DNA of 62,811 nucleotides, counting the filler, from an uncultured bacterium (GTDB taxonomy: Bacteria > CAZDME01 > JAYEMH01), in NCBI GenBank assembly GCA_964506785.1. It is 11 parts of 11 records of this genome, joined end to end, with 100 filler letters (N's around TTAATTAATTAA, not from the genome) between each part and the next. Parts side by side here need not be neighbours in the genome. Positions count along the whole stretch, not along the records: positions 25,513 to 31,386 come from CAZDME010000069.1; positions 31,487 to 37,043 come from CAZDME010000071.1; positions 37,144 to 42,643 come from CAZDME010000072.1; 8 more parts are not named here. One strand, 5' to 3'. A program made the position numbers and the translations under genes. Each line of letters begins with the position of its first letter. Within the stretch, counting starts at the first letter, position 1. Below are positions 29,744 through 40,291 of the stretch, piece by piece. The notes under the pieces are model-generated. The model was not told the origin of the DNA and did not search any database. It was given only the letters and a program-made list of their open reading frames with translations.

Positions 29744-30682
29744 ATGATGAAAAAAGTCTTACTATCTTCAGCGAAAATTATATTTAGTATAGCTCTGGTG
29801 TGGTATATCGTCAACAAAGTAGATGTCAAACAAGTCTGGGTAAGCTTCAAATCAGTTAATATTTTCTGGCTGGCCGTTGCCTACCTGGTTCATCTGATCG
29901 ATTATCCCATCAGTACTTTTCGCTGGAAGCTTCTTCTTGATGCCCAGGGAATAAGGCTTCCTTATCGAAGGCTTTTAGGTTCTTATTTTGTCGGCACCTT
30001 TTTTACCACTTTTTTACCCACCGGTATCGGGGGAGATATGATTCGGGCCTATGACACCATTCGCTGGAGCAAAACAGCTATCAAGCCCATTATGGTTATT
30101 TTTGTCGAACGCCTCTCGGGCCTTTTCGTTCTAATGTCCATTGCCGCCTCTATTTTATTATTTTCCGGGGTAGAGGTAAAAGAGACTTCTTTTTTAATAT
30201 GGATTTGCGCCGTATTTTTTGTTTTAATGGCTCTTTTTCTCTTGGTTCTCTTATGGGCGCCACTGGCCCGTATTTCCGGACGGATTTTTAATTTACCGGG
30301 ACTGAATATTCTTAAGAAATGGATTAAAGAAATGTATGAGGCTTTATATCTCTATCGCCATAAAACTAAATATCTCGGCTGGGTACTTTTGGCGGCGACA
30401 CTTTTACAAATAGTAGTTGTTCTTCATTACTACCTGATTGGTTTTGCCTTGGGAATTCCTGTTCCCCTTATAGTTTACTTCTTAATTATCCCGGTAATTT
30501 CTTTGCTTTTGACACTGCCGGTAACTATAAGCGGTATCGGGGTAAGAGAAAGCGCTTATGTTTTCTTTTTCAGCGCCTATGGGGTGCTTAACGCCTCGGC
30601 TCTGGCCCTTGCCTGGCTCTCGTTCAGTTTTGTAATTTTGACGGCGATAATCGGTGCGGTGGTATATACGGTGAGAAAATAA
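29744..30682 (+). CDS. Lysylphosphatidylglycerol synthase TM-domain (flippase-like) protein
   Basis: RWKLLL, FLPTGIGGD, ERLSG, LPVTISGIGVRE. Confidence 0.85.
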   Translation: MMKKVLLSSAKIIFSIALVWYIVNKVDVKQVWVSFKSVNIFWLAVAYLVHLIDYPISTFRWKLLLDAQGIRLPYRRLLGSYFVGTFFTTFLPTGIGGDMIRAYDTIRWSKTAIKPIMVIFVERLSGLFVLMSIAASILLFSGVEVKETSFLIWICAVFFVLMALFLLVLLWAPLARISGRIFNLPGLNILKKWIKEMYEALYLYRHKTKYLGWVLLAATLLQIVVVLHYYLIGFALGIPVPLIVYFLIIPVISLLLTLPVTISGIGVRESAYVFFFSAYGVLNASALALAWLSFSFVILTAIIGAVVYTVRK

Positions 30683-30706
30683 TTTGTTTTATGGGGAAAG
30701 ATAAAG

Positions 30707-31386
30707 ATGTCTGGCATTTGCGGAATAATTAATCAGGCTGGCAATGTAAGGGACGAAAGGGAGCACCTGGAGAAGATGCTTGAGTCTCTTCGCCGCCGCG
30801 GCCCGGACGAAAGGGAGATATACCTTAAAGAAAGTGCCGGCCTGGGAGTTTGCCGGTTGGCGACTATTGATTTGGTTAGCGGAAAACAGCCGATTTTTAG
30901 CCAGCGGGGAGATATTGTTTTAATTTGTGACGGTGAAATCTATAATTTTAAAAAGTTAAAGAGTGAACTCGAAAAGAAGGGCTGCCGGTTTAGAACTTCT
31001 TCCGATTTAGAGGTTATTGTCCATCTTTACGAGGAAAGGGGGATAGATTTTCTTGAAAGTTTAAGAGGGGTTTTTTCTCTGGCTCTCTGGGACAGAAGAA
31101 AAGAAATTTTCTGTCTGGCCCGGGATAGAATTGGGGTTAAGCCGCTTTATTATTTTAACCAGGGCAATAAGTTGATTTTTGCCAGTTTACCCCGGGCCAT
31201 CATTGCCCACCCGGAAGTTCCTAGAAGTCTGGACTTATCTTCATTAGATTGTTACCTGACTTTTGAATATCTAATCGGCGAACAAAGTATCTTTAAAGAT
31301 GTTAAACGGTTATTACCCGGCCATTACCTTTTATTTAAAAAAGGAAAGTTAGAGGTTAAATCATATTGGCAGCTGAATTTTCGATA
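30707..31386 (+). CDS. Asparagine synthetase B-like amidotransferase (3' truncated; Ntn Cys replaced by Ser)
   Basis: MSGICG, RRGPD, GEIYN, ARDRIGVKPLYY, LLPGH. Confidence 0.85.
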
Positions 31387-31486
31387 NNNNNNNNNNNNNN
31401 NNNNNNNNNNNNNNNNNNNNNNNNNNNNNNTTAATTAATTAANNNNNNNNNNNNNNNNNNNNNNNNNNNNNNNNNNNNNNNNNNNN
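31387..31486. other. Artificial contig linker
   Basis: N-run, TTAATTAATTAA, N-run. Confidence 0.98.
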
Positions 31487-31551
31487 AGAAAACCCACTAA
31501 TGGAAAAATACCTGAAAAAAACATGCAATAACATACAAAATTAAAAATAGG

Positions 31552-33441
31552 ATGTTCAACATTAACGAAAAGGATTTAAAAATAATTTTGGTACCTAAAG
31601 AAGAAAGAGAAAAAGAGGGAAAAATCATCTGGGAAATTACAAATCGGCCAGGAATCAAGGTGAGTCGAATCCTAAGAAAAAATCGAAAATTCTATTTGTC
31701 CCAAGAATCTGACCTTAAAGTTAAGGTCAAGGTAACGCCGTACCTTTTCAGGAAAAAAGGAAAAGTCGGGATAGCGATTAGATTTGATGATGCTGAGAAG
31801 TTGAAAGACTGGTTTATTTCTCCATCGAAGGTACCCTGCGAATATTCTATTTATAAAAACAAGGTGTTATTTCTGTCTTCACATTTTAAGGGTGATGCTA
31901 AGGCAGATGAATTTGTCCAGATGAAGAATGAAAGCATCCGGGTGAATCTTGAAAAGTATCCTTATTTTAATTTGACGTACAGAATAGAAGACCCAGAAGT
32001 CCAGACAATAGAGGTAGTTGCCGGAATAGATTTTGATAAAGATGGTAAAGTTAACGAATATATCCGGGGTATATACCCAAGGCCAGCCTCGGTATTTTGG
32101 GATAACTTTCGTTATAATTTCTATAGTAAAGTAAAGGCAAAATTCCCGGATAAAAAGTATTATGAGTTGGTAAAACTGGAGCTTTATCCCCATAAACTGT
32201 GGAAGGTTGACTGCAGTACGCCAAAAAGAAAGGGTAAATACAGATTTTGGATTAAAGGTTTAAAATTCTCCAATTATTCCCCAAGGGAATTTTTTGAAAG
32301 TTTTAAAGATGCTTTAGATGTGGATTTAAATTCAGAAGAGGAGATTAAAAACTGGTCGGTGGAAAGAAAAGGTAAAATTCGCTTAGAGCTATCCAGGAAA
32401 GTTAATAAAATAAATCTTAGGCAGTTTCCGATGATTGAATTGGATTGTAAGATTAAAGACCCCGAGCTTCAAAAAATCGATTTTATCCTTGGTTTAGATT
32501 TTGATGGCGATGCGATAGCCGATAAAGATATTTTTCTTGATTACCTTGTTACCTCTAAAGAATGGGGTAAATTTCAGTTCGACGCTTATGGTTTGGTAAA
32601 GGAGGTTTATCCAGCTGAGAAGGAATACAACTTAATAAAGATAGCATTAGGGTTAAGTGAACAAAAGATAAAAAGGCCAAAGGAGGGGTATCCGTCTTAT
32701 TTCAAAAGATTAAGAGTTTTTTCTTCTTCTTTGGTTTCTACTGAGGAGGCTATTTTCGATAGGCCGGTGTTTGCTATAGATAAAGAAAGATTCCGGTTGA
32801 AGGCAAAATTTAAGGGTAAAGCGAATATAGAAGATTTACGGTTTGAGAGGACTTTATTTTTAGAAGGAGGGGAACATTATTTAAATAAACTCGAAGATGG
32901 TAGTTTTAAAGTGGACTGGGTGATAGTTGAGCCAAGGGACGGAAAAGATAAAAAAGAAAATAGGAATGAGCCAAAAATCACCTTTAGAAGGGTGAATTTG
33001 ACTAAGTATCAAGTGAAGGTGAAAGGGGCAAAAAAACCGTTTTGGTTGGTATTTAGTGAGAGTTTTCATGATGACTGGAAGCTATACAGCAAACAGAAAA
33101 CAGAGAACAGAAAACAGCAAGCAGAAGAGATTGCAGCCGAATATCCAAATTGGGGGGTGAAAGAAGCTAAATATAAATGGGGATTTTCTCCCGGGGATAT
33201 TAAATATCTATTTGGCGAGCCGTTAGATACGGAACACCAATTAGTTAATTTTTATGCCAATGCCTGGTGGATAGATCCAGAGGCCTTGAATTTGCCGGAA
33301 GATTTTAACCTGGTTGTCTTTTTCCGGCCCCAGTCACTTTTTTGCCTGGGCTTATTAACATCAGGTCTTACTCTTGGCGTTTGTCTGCTCTATTTACTAT
33401 GGGGTTGGAGAAAGAAAAAAAATAATGAATCATTGGTATAA
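31552..33441 (+). CDS. Membrane-anchored extracytoplasmic protein, probably the C-terminal part of a larger GT-C-associated protein
   Basis: Two DFDxD-containing repeats; PFWLVFSESFHDDW and HQLVNFYANAWWI; C-terminal TM followed by basic tail. Confidence 0.6.
   Translation: MFNINEKDLKIILVPKEEREKEGKIIWEITNRPGIKVSRILRKNRKFYLSQESDLKVKVKVTPYLFRKKGKVGIAIRFDDAEKLKDWFISPSKVPCEYSIYKNKVLFLSSHFKGDAKADEFVQMKNESIRVNLEKYPYFNLTYRIEDPEVQTIEVVAGIDFDKDGKVNEYIRGIYPRPASVFWDNFRYNFYSKVKAKFPDKKYYELVKLELYPHKLWKVDCSTPKRKGKYRFWIKGLKFSNYSPREFFESFKDALDVDLNSEEEIKNWSVERKGKIRLELSRKVNKINLRQFPMIELDCKIKDPELQKIDFILGLDFDGDAIADKDIFLDYLVTSKEWGKFQFDAYGLVKEVYPAEKEYNLIKIALGLSEQKIKRPKEGYPSYFKRLRVFSSSLVSTEEAIFDRPVFAIDKERFRLKAKFKGKANIEDLRFERTLFLEGGEHYLNKLEDGSFKVDWVIVEPRDGKDKKENRNEPKITFRRVNLTKYQVKVKGAKKPFWLVFSESFHDDWKLYSKQKTENRKQQAEEIAAEYPNWGVKEAKYKWGFSPGDIKYLFGEPLDTEHQLVNFYANAWWIDPEALNLPEDFNLVVFFRPQSLFCLGLLTSGLTLGVCLLYLLWGWRKKKNNESLV
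33084..33125 (+). repeat. Degenerate 7-bp tandem repeat inside a CDS (6 units, 42 bp)
   Basis: ATACAGC AAACAGA AAACAGA GAACAGA AAACAGC AAGCAGA. Confidence 0.65.
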
Positions 33442-33640
33442 AAGGTTTTTGCGATATTTCAAGAGGACTTCAGGTTCAGAATTTATATTGGCATTTATCT
33501 TTTTGTTAATCATTTGTGCTGTGCTGCTCATTTTTAAATGGGAAAAGATGGCGGAATGGGTGGCCAACTGGGCATATCTATTTTTAGTTATGGGAATACT
33601 GATAAAGTTAGTTCGATTTTTAAAGGAGCGGAAAGATTAA
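33425..33640 (+). CDS. Small two-TM hypothetical protein
   Basis: ATG 33425; two hydrophobic helices, AEWVANWAYLFL. Confidence 0.55.
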   Translation: MNHWYKRFLRYFKRTSGSEFILAFIFLLIICAVLLIFKWEKMAEWVANWAYLFLVMGILIKLVRFLKERKD

Positions 33641-33666
33641 AGGAGAACTTTTTAAGGAGAGAGGCG

Positions 33667-35418
33667 ATGTTTAATTTAGGGAAAAGAGAAGTTACAATCT
33701 TCTCTTTTTTTATCATCTTAACTTTAATAGCCACCTATCCTCTCATTTTTAAAATGAATAACAGCATATTTAGCGATTCCGAGTGGACTTTTGATTCGCC
33801 GGGTTTTATTTACGGTTTATGGGACGGGAAGCAAGCTTTGTTGAATAATACGGATTCTGGGAAAAATGATATGGTTGCTTATCCGTTTGGCGTCCCTTAC
33901 GCGGGCAATCGATTGCGTTCATATCTAACGCCCTCTGCTTTCTTATTCTTGCTGGTTCTTTTGAAAAATGAAATATTCGCTTATAATTTTTGCACCCTCT
34001 CTAGTTTTATTCTATCCGGAATATTTATGTACTATCTTAGTTTTTATTTAACCAAAAACAAACTGGCCGCTTTTACATCAGGTATAATATTTGCTTTCTG
34101 CAGTAATCATTTCCTGCAGGCCTTTTCTCATTTTGGGATGGCCCAGATTCAATGGATGCCTCTTTATGTTCTCTCTTTAATAGCGCTGAATGAAAAGAGG
34201 TCATATCCGGCTGCAGTTTTATGCGGTTTGGCCTTTTCTTTAGTTTTGCTGGTGAACTACTATTTCGGTTATTTTATGGTTATCATTACCGCCGGCTTCA
34301 TTTTATTTAATTTGGCTTATCGAATGTGGGGTAAAAGGCTTGAAAGGGAAAGGATAAGCCGATTAAAGACAATAAAGTTGATATTACTGGCCGGGGCAAT
34401 TTCCCTGGTGATGATTCTGCCGTCTACATATGATACGCTAAAGCAGATAATCAGGCCTAAAAGAGCGGAGGCGGAAGTTTCATTCCTATATGTAAGGCCA
34501 TACGAAGACCTTTATAGATACGCGGCCAGGACATACGATTATTTTTTGCCTACCGAATATCATCCCGTATTTGGCAGATTGACAAAGAAGATAGTCAGGA
34601 AAATTACCGGCGGCCAGAGGCACTGGGCGGAAAGAACCCTTTATCTGGGAGTTACACCTTTATTTTTGGCCTTTATAGGGATAATGGGCTGGTGGAAGCG
34701 CCGGAAATTGGGAATAAAGAAGGCTAAAGAGAATTTCTATATTCCCCTTTTTTTATTCTTGGCAGTTTTAGCTTTCTATACATCTCTGTCTCCGGTAGTT
34801 CAGTTCTGGAAAATTAAAATTCCTACACCTTCTTTTTTCCTCTACCGCATAGCACCGATGTTCAGGGTTTATGCCCGAATGGGATTTGTGGTTACCCTAA
34901 GTCTCGCAGTTTTAGCCGGTTTTGGCCTCAGGGATATCCTGGCAAAGATTAAAAGGAAATGGGCAGAGACTGCGGCGGCGGTAATTTTCTCTGCGTTGAT
35001 ACTTTTTGAATATACGGTTATCCCTCCCTGGCGCAATGTGGATTTTAGTAAAACCCCGGCTGTTTATGAATGGCTGGCTGAACAGCCGAAGGATATAATT
35101 ATCGCCGAATATCCTTTGTACGATAGTATTGACGAAAGGCACTTTAATTATTTATTTTATCAAAGAATTCACCGGAAGAAGATGATTAACGGTGCACCCA
35201 GAGGAACAGAAGGATATTCCTTTAGAGAAACGATGATGGATATTTTAAAACCAGGGAGCCGTTCGGTTTTACGCACTCTGGGAGCGAACTATCTCATTAT
35301 CCATAAAGAGATATATGACGATAAAGCAATTTCTATCTTAGACAATTCTAAAGACCTGAGACTTATCCAGGATTTTCCTTCGGCCCGGGTTTATCAGATA
35401 CCCGGTGAGAGCTTTTAG
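33667..35418 (+). CDS. YfhO-like GT-C membrane protein
   Basis: ATG 33667 after GAGG; YPFG, AYN, YLG, FRVYARMG, AEYP, HRKKMING. Confidence 0.7.
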   Translation: MFNLGKREVTIFSFFIILTLIATYPLIFKMNNSIFSDSEWTFDSPGFIYGLWDGKQALLNNTDSGKNDMVAYPFGVPYAGNRLRSYLTPSAFLFLLVLLKNEIFAYNFCTLSSFILSGIFMYYLSFYLTKNKLAAFTSGIIFAFCSNHFLQAFSHFGMAQIQWMPLYVLSLIALNEKRSYPAAVLCGLAFSLVLLVNYYFGYFMVIITAGFILFNLAYRMWGKRLERERISRLKTIKLILLAGAISLVMILPSTYDTLKQIIRPKRAEAEVSFLYVRPYEDLYRYAARTYDYFLPTEYHPVFGRLTKKIVRKITGGQRHWAERTLYLGVTPLFLAFIGIMGWWKRRKLGIKKAKENFYIPLFLFLAVLAFYTSLSPVVQFWKIKIPTPSFFLYRIAPMFRVYARMGFVVTLSLAVLAGFGLRDILAKIKRKWAETAAAVIFSALILFEYTVIPPWRNVDFSKTPAVYEWLAEQPKDIIIAEYPLYDSIDERHFNYLFYQRIHRKKMINGAPRGTEGYSFRETMMDILKPGSRSVLRTLGANYLIIHKEIYDDKAISILDNSKDLRLIQDFPSARVYQIPGESF

Positions 35419-35944
35419 AGACAATTTCCGAGTAATGAGAATTTCGAAATTAACAGTCTTTATCGTTTTTTTTATAATTGTCTCTGCCTCATTTATGCGG
35501 CAGGTAATGGGGTTTGTGGAAGGTTATCTTGGAGAAAGGGGGGCGGCGTTTATAATCGGGCTAATCATTCTCTTCAGCGCATTAGCCTTTTTAATTTTTG
35601 TTTTTAAAAACCACCCCAATATTAAAAAAAACTTAGCTATTGTATTATTCTTGGCAATAGGTATTATTCTGAGCTGGCAGATAAAAATGCCGGCAGAAAG
35701 AATTCATATTTTGGAGTATGGTATTTTGGGCTGGTTTGCCAACCGGGATTTAACGGTTGAAAATAAAAAATGCCGGGGTTTTATTTTTGCCTGGCTGTTA
35801 ATAATTACAGTCGGAATTTTTGATGAGGCATTTCAGAAAATATTACCCTATCGGGTTGGGGACAGCCGGGATATTTTTTTTAATAACCTGGGAGGGTTAT
35901 GGGGAATAGGGTTATGGTTTCTCAAAAACAAATTAAATGGATAG
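35405..35944 (+). CDS. VanZ-family membrane protein
   Basis: ERIHILEYG, DEAFQ..LPYRVGD..DIFFN. Confidence 0.75.
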   Translation: MRAFRDNFRVMRISKLTVFIVFFIIVSASFMRQVMGFVEGYLGERGAAFIIGLIILFSALAFLIFVFKNHPNIKKNLAIVLFLAIGIILSWQIKMPAERIHILEYGILGWFANRDLTVENKKCRGFIFAWLLIITVGIFDEAFQKILPYRVGDSRDIFFNNLGGLWGIGLWFLKNKLNG

Positions 35945-37043
35945 TATTTCTGGTTTCGTTTGCGGTTTGTCTTTTTTTAAGTTTTAGGGCTTTTCGTTTC
36001 AATCCCTACGGGGATTTTAAATATTATTTGCTAACAGGCGATGAGCCCCATTATTTACTAATTACCCAGAGCCTGATTTTTGATAAAGACTTTAACCTCT
36101 GGAATAATGTCCGCAATAATGATTGGAGATTTTTTGAGCATCGGCCGGTCGATGGGCATGCTCCCGGATTCACCTATTACAATAATCTGGCAAAAGGAAG
36201 ACTGGAATCTAAGGAGAAATTTTGGCAGGATAGAAGATATTCTGTCCATAGAATCGGTCTTCCTCTACTTATAAGCCCGGCTTATTTTTTAGGGATTAGG
36301 TGGAAATTAGGAGTTAGATGGGCAGTAATTTTATTTCTAAATTTATGTATCGCTTTGTTAGCCGTTAATATTTATGCGCTTAGTTTTGAATTGACCAATA
36401 ATAAAATTGTATCTTTATGGGTCTGGGCAGTCCTATCATTTTCCGGGCCGGCTTTATTTTATTCTAACAAGATATTTCCTGATTTACTGGCGGCTTTATT
36501 TATTATATTTGCTTATCGGAAAATAAGAAATCTCCGGCGCATTGACTTCGTTAATCCATTTATCATCGGCCTTTGTATTGCCTATTTACCTTGGCTTCAT
36601 GAGCGTTTTATTTTAACCTCCTTCATCCTTTTTCTATTTTTTGTTTATTCAGTAAAATTATCTGTAAAGCCAATCATTATATCGCTAATACCCATTGCTA
36701 TATCTTTCATTCTGCAGGGGGCCTATTATAACCTGCTTTTTGGGGTGCCTTTCCCGGTTAACGTCCATCCTTCTTTTTCTTTAAGGAATTGCGGCCTTTT
36801 AGGTTTGCTTTTTGATAGAAATCTCGGGCTTCTTTTCTATTCGCCAGTCTATATCATATCCTTGATTGGAGCTTTAGGATTGCTTAAAGAAAGGCCAAAG
36901 GAGTTTTTTTGGTTAAGTTTAATTTTTATTCCCAACTATATTATCTTAGGTCTTTTTCGAGAATGGTGGGGAGGATTATGTCCTCCTGTTCGTTATCTTT
37001 TGCCTTTCGTTCCACTGCTAACTTTACCGATATCGTATGCATT
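35899..37043 (+). CDS. GT-C-type membrane glycosyltransferase (3' truncated)
   Basis: TGDEPHYLL, LPWLH, GLLFYSP, WWGG...RYLLP. Confidence 0.7.
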
Positions 37044-37143
37044 NNNNNNNNNNNNNNNNNNNNNNNNNNNNNNNNNNNNNNNNNNNNTTAATTAATTAAN
37101 NNNNNNNNNNNNNNNNNNNNNNNNNNNNNNNNNNNNNNNNNNN
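37044..37143. other. Artificial contig linker
   Basis: N-run, TTAATTAATTAA, N-run. Confidence 0.98.
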
Positions 37144-37980
<837 letters not shown>

Positions 37981-37994
37981 TTATGAGAGATTTT

Positions 37995-38219
37995 CTAAAC
38001 CAGCTCCACCCTTTTAACCTGGGGCAGTTTGGACCTAATGGCGCTTTCAACTACGCTAACCAGGGTCATCTGGGCCGAAGGACATCCGGCGCACCCCCCC
38101 GTCAGGCGCACCTTAACTGTCCCATCAGCGCTTGCCTCAATTAAATCTACACTGCCACCATGCATAGCCAACATCGGCCGAACTTCTTCAGCCAATACTT
38201 TTTCAACCTCTTCTCTCAT
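37995..38219 (-). CDS. NifU/Nfu-type Fe-S carrier domain protein
   Basis: VRPMLAMHGG, LTGGCAGCPSAQMTL. Confidence 0.9.
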   Translation of the reverse strand: MREEVEKVLAEEVRPMLAMHGGSVDLIEASADGTVKVRLTGGCAGCPSAQMTLVSVVESAIRSKLPQVKRVELV

Positions 38220-38232
38220 CTTTTATCCTTCC

Positions 38233-38261
38233 AATTATAGGATATCGGATATCCTATAATT
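38233..38261. promoter_or_regulatory. Perfect palindrome between the promoter and RBS of the nfu-like gene
   Basis: AATTATAGGATATC-G-GATATCCTATAATT. Confidence 0.6.
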
Positions 38262-38289
38262 TCAAACAGTTCTCATCTTTCGGGCAATC

Positions 38290-38318
38290 ATTATAAGCTA
38301 AACAACTCCCTTTGCCAA
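38290..38318 (-). promoter_or_regulatory. Sigma70-type promoter for nfu (and possibly gdhA)
   Basis: TTGGCA-17 nt-TATAAT on minus strand. Confidence 0.6.
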
Positions 38319-38401
38319 GTCTTTTCTCTCAAAAAATCATAGGGCCGAGTTGCCAAAATATCAAAGTTTAGTTTCCTTATGCGCTGACACTTTAAATCTT
38401 T

Positions 38402-38442
38402 AAAATCAAAAAGCCGGGATAGCTTGCATCAGCCAACCCGGC
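38402..38442 (-). terminator. Intrinsic terminator after hsp20
   Basis: GCCGGG-TTGGCT-loop-AGCTAT-CCCGGC followed by T-rich tract on minus strand. Confidence 0.6.
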
Positions 38443-38496
38443 CTTTCTTTAAATTTAAAAGAGGAGTTTGTCTCTTTAGTGAAAATCCCCTAAGGG

Positions 38497-38946
38497 TTAT
38501 TCCACCTCAATCTTAATTTTATTCTTCTTCTCCTCTTTACTTTTGGGCAGTTCTACCTCCAAGAGCCCGTCTTTATAGCTGGCCTTGGCTCCTGAGGCTT
38601 TTACCTCAGTCGGCAGTTCCACTACCCTTTGGAAGAAACCGTAACTCCTCTCCAGACGATAGTAATCTTTCTCTTTAACTTCGTCTTTTTTCTTCTTCTC
38701 GCCGCGAATATTCAAGAGATTACCATCGATGGATAATTCTATCTCTTCGGCCTTTATCCCCGGCAGCTCCGCCTTGACAATAATCTTGTCATCCTTTTCA
38801 TAGAGGTCAATAAGCGGAACTATACCCTTGGCGAAAGTATTTAGAGATAGGGGGCTTTTGAAAAAATCTTCAAAGAACCTATCTAAATCAACCTCACCAA
38901 AAAGAGATAAATCTCGGTTTCTCTTAAAAGGCACTAAGTTTCTCAT
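38497..38946 (-). CDS. Hsp20/alpha-crystallin small heat-shock protein
   Basis: ATG 38946 after GGAGG; AELPG, ERSYG.FQR..LP, ASYKDGLLEVELPK. Confidence 0.92.
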   Translation of the reverse strand: MRNLVPFKRNRDLSLFGEVDLDRFFEDFFKSPLSLNTFAKGIVPLIDLYEKDDKIIVKAELPGIKAEEIELSIDGNLLNIRGEKKKKDEVKEKDYYRLERSYGFFQRVVELPTEVKASGAKASYKDGLLEVELPKSKEEKKNKIKIEVE

Positions 38947-39020
38947 AGTTTTCCACCTCCTCCCATAAGTTGGCTTTATTAGACACATTTATATATATCT
39001 ATCTATTTGCTTAAAAAAAT

Positions 39021-39317
39021 TTACTCCCCCTTCACTTCTATCTTGAATCTTCCGAAAAATTCCCGGCAATTATCACTGATACAACCCCTTCGAATATAGT
39101 AATAGATAAGCTTTCCCTGCTTCCGGCTGTCTATCACCCCGCAATTCCTCAGGATTTGCAGGTGATGAGATATCGTCGGCTGAGTAACATTTTCGAATTC
39201 CTCGCAAATCTCGGTGACATTCATATCGTGCTCTTCAAGCATTTGCAGAATTTCCTGCCGCTTCTCATCAGCTAAGGCTTTGAAAAACTGAACATAGCGG
39301 TCAATCATCAGCCTCAC
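39021..39317 (-). CDS. ArsR/SmtB family transcriptional regulator (likely start ATG 39308)
   Basis: FKALADEKR, TQPTISHHLQIL, RKQGKLIYY. Confidence 0.92.
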   Translation of the reverse strand: MRLMIDRYVQFFKALADEKRQEILQMLEEHDMNVTEICEEFENVTQPTISHHLQILRNCGVIDSRKQGKLIYYYIRRGCISDNCREFFGRFKIEVKGE

Positions 39318-39318
39318 C

Positions 39319-39378
39319 TCAATATATTGATATATTTACTTTCGTTTATATTATGCCGCAAATCCTTGTTTCTGTCAA
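39319..39378 (-). promoter_or_regulatory. arsR-like promoter with downstream palindromic operator candidate
   Basis: TTGACA-17 nt-CATAAT (39350-39378); palindrome TCAATATATTGA at 39319-39330. Confidence 0.55.
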
Positions 39379-39441
39379 GTCTTTTTTTTATTTTTCCCCT
39401 TCCCCTTTTTACGCCTTTTAAATATATTCCCTCTTTCTATC

Positions 39442-39903
39442 TCATCCCTTTATATGCTGCGGGGTAAGGTCGATAACCTCTTTTATCTTCATCACTATCA
39501 GATATTCAGGCTTAGGTAAAAGCGCTTCAGGGTGTTGCTGGTGTCCCTTTTCGCCATGAATGTTCCTTATTATCCGTTGAAAAATCCGGTTGTTAATTTT
39601 TTTGTCCCAGGCTTTTAAAAGACGGGGTGTAAGTTTTCTACCCGTAATTATACTGGCCCGGCCCTTAAGACAATAACCTTTAAACCGATGTTCATCCACA
39701 GAGGTAATAGCTATCTGCATCCTCCGCTTTAAATTTTCATAGGTCTTTTTTTTATAAAGATCGATAATATAAACCTTCCCACTCCTGGTTAGCTCTATAA
39801 TGCCTTTACAGGAATTATGAGGATAACCCTTTTCATCGACAGTAGAAACAATAACCGGCCCCTGTTTCTTAAAAAACTGGACAATTTCATCTGAAAGTTT
39901 CAA
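39442..39903 (-). CDS. Pyridoxamine 5'-phosphate oxidase-like FMN-binding protein
   Basis: VSTVDEKGYPH, KTYENL, GYCLKGRA. Confidence 0.75.
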   Translation of the reverse strand: MKLSDEIVQFFKKQGPVIVSTVDEKGYPHNSCKGIIELTRSGKVYIIDLYKKKTYENLKRRMQIAITSVDEHRFKGYCLKGRASIITGRKLTPRLLKAWDKKINNRIFQRIIRNIHGEKGHQQHPEALLPKPEYLIVMKIKEVIDLTPQHIKG

Positions 39904-39946
39904 ATTTAATCCTCTGCCTTTTCTACCGCTATAGATGCTTTCTTTA

Positions 39947-40255
39947 CTATTTCTTTTTAATTTTTCCTATCTCTTCTTCAACTTCCTTATAACCTTCGCC
40001 ATAAAATTTTTCTTCATCCGGCGCCAGCTCTCTTAAGAGCCTCAAAAATTCACCGGCGTGAACCCTTTCTTCATCGGCGATATCCTTGAGCACCTCCTGA
40101 GCCAATTTATTATCCGTTGATTCGGCCAGCTGCATATAAAGCTGAATGGCTTCATACTCTGCGGAAACCATAAACCTTATCGCCCGAATTAATTCTTCGT
40201 GGGTAAGTTTACGGTCCTTGGCTAAACCAGAAAACGGACTTCCAAAATCAGGCAT
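39947..40255 (-). CDS. Small ferritin-like/rubrerythrin-family protein
   Basis: AEYEAIQLY...DIADEERVHAGEF di-iron motifs. Confidence 0.85.
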   Translation of the reverse strand: MPDFGSPFSGLAKDRKLTHEELIRAIRFMVSAEYEAIQLYMQLAESTDNKLAQEVLKDIADEERVHAGEFLRLLRELAPDEEKFYGEGYKEVEEEIGKIKKK

Positions 40256-40291
40256 GTCAGCCTCCTTTCATATATCCTTGCAGTTTTAAAG

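Noticed and set aside
31487-31551. Possible frameshift in an A7 run upstream of the 629-aa ORF
   Set aside because: It lies within 40 nt of a contig end and cannot be distinguished from assembly error or a genuine start.
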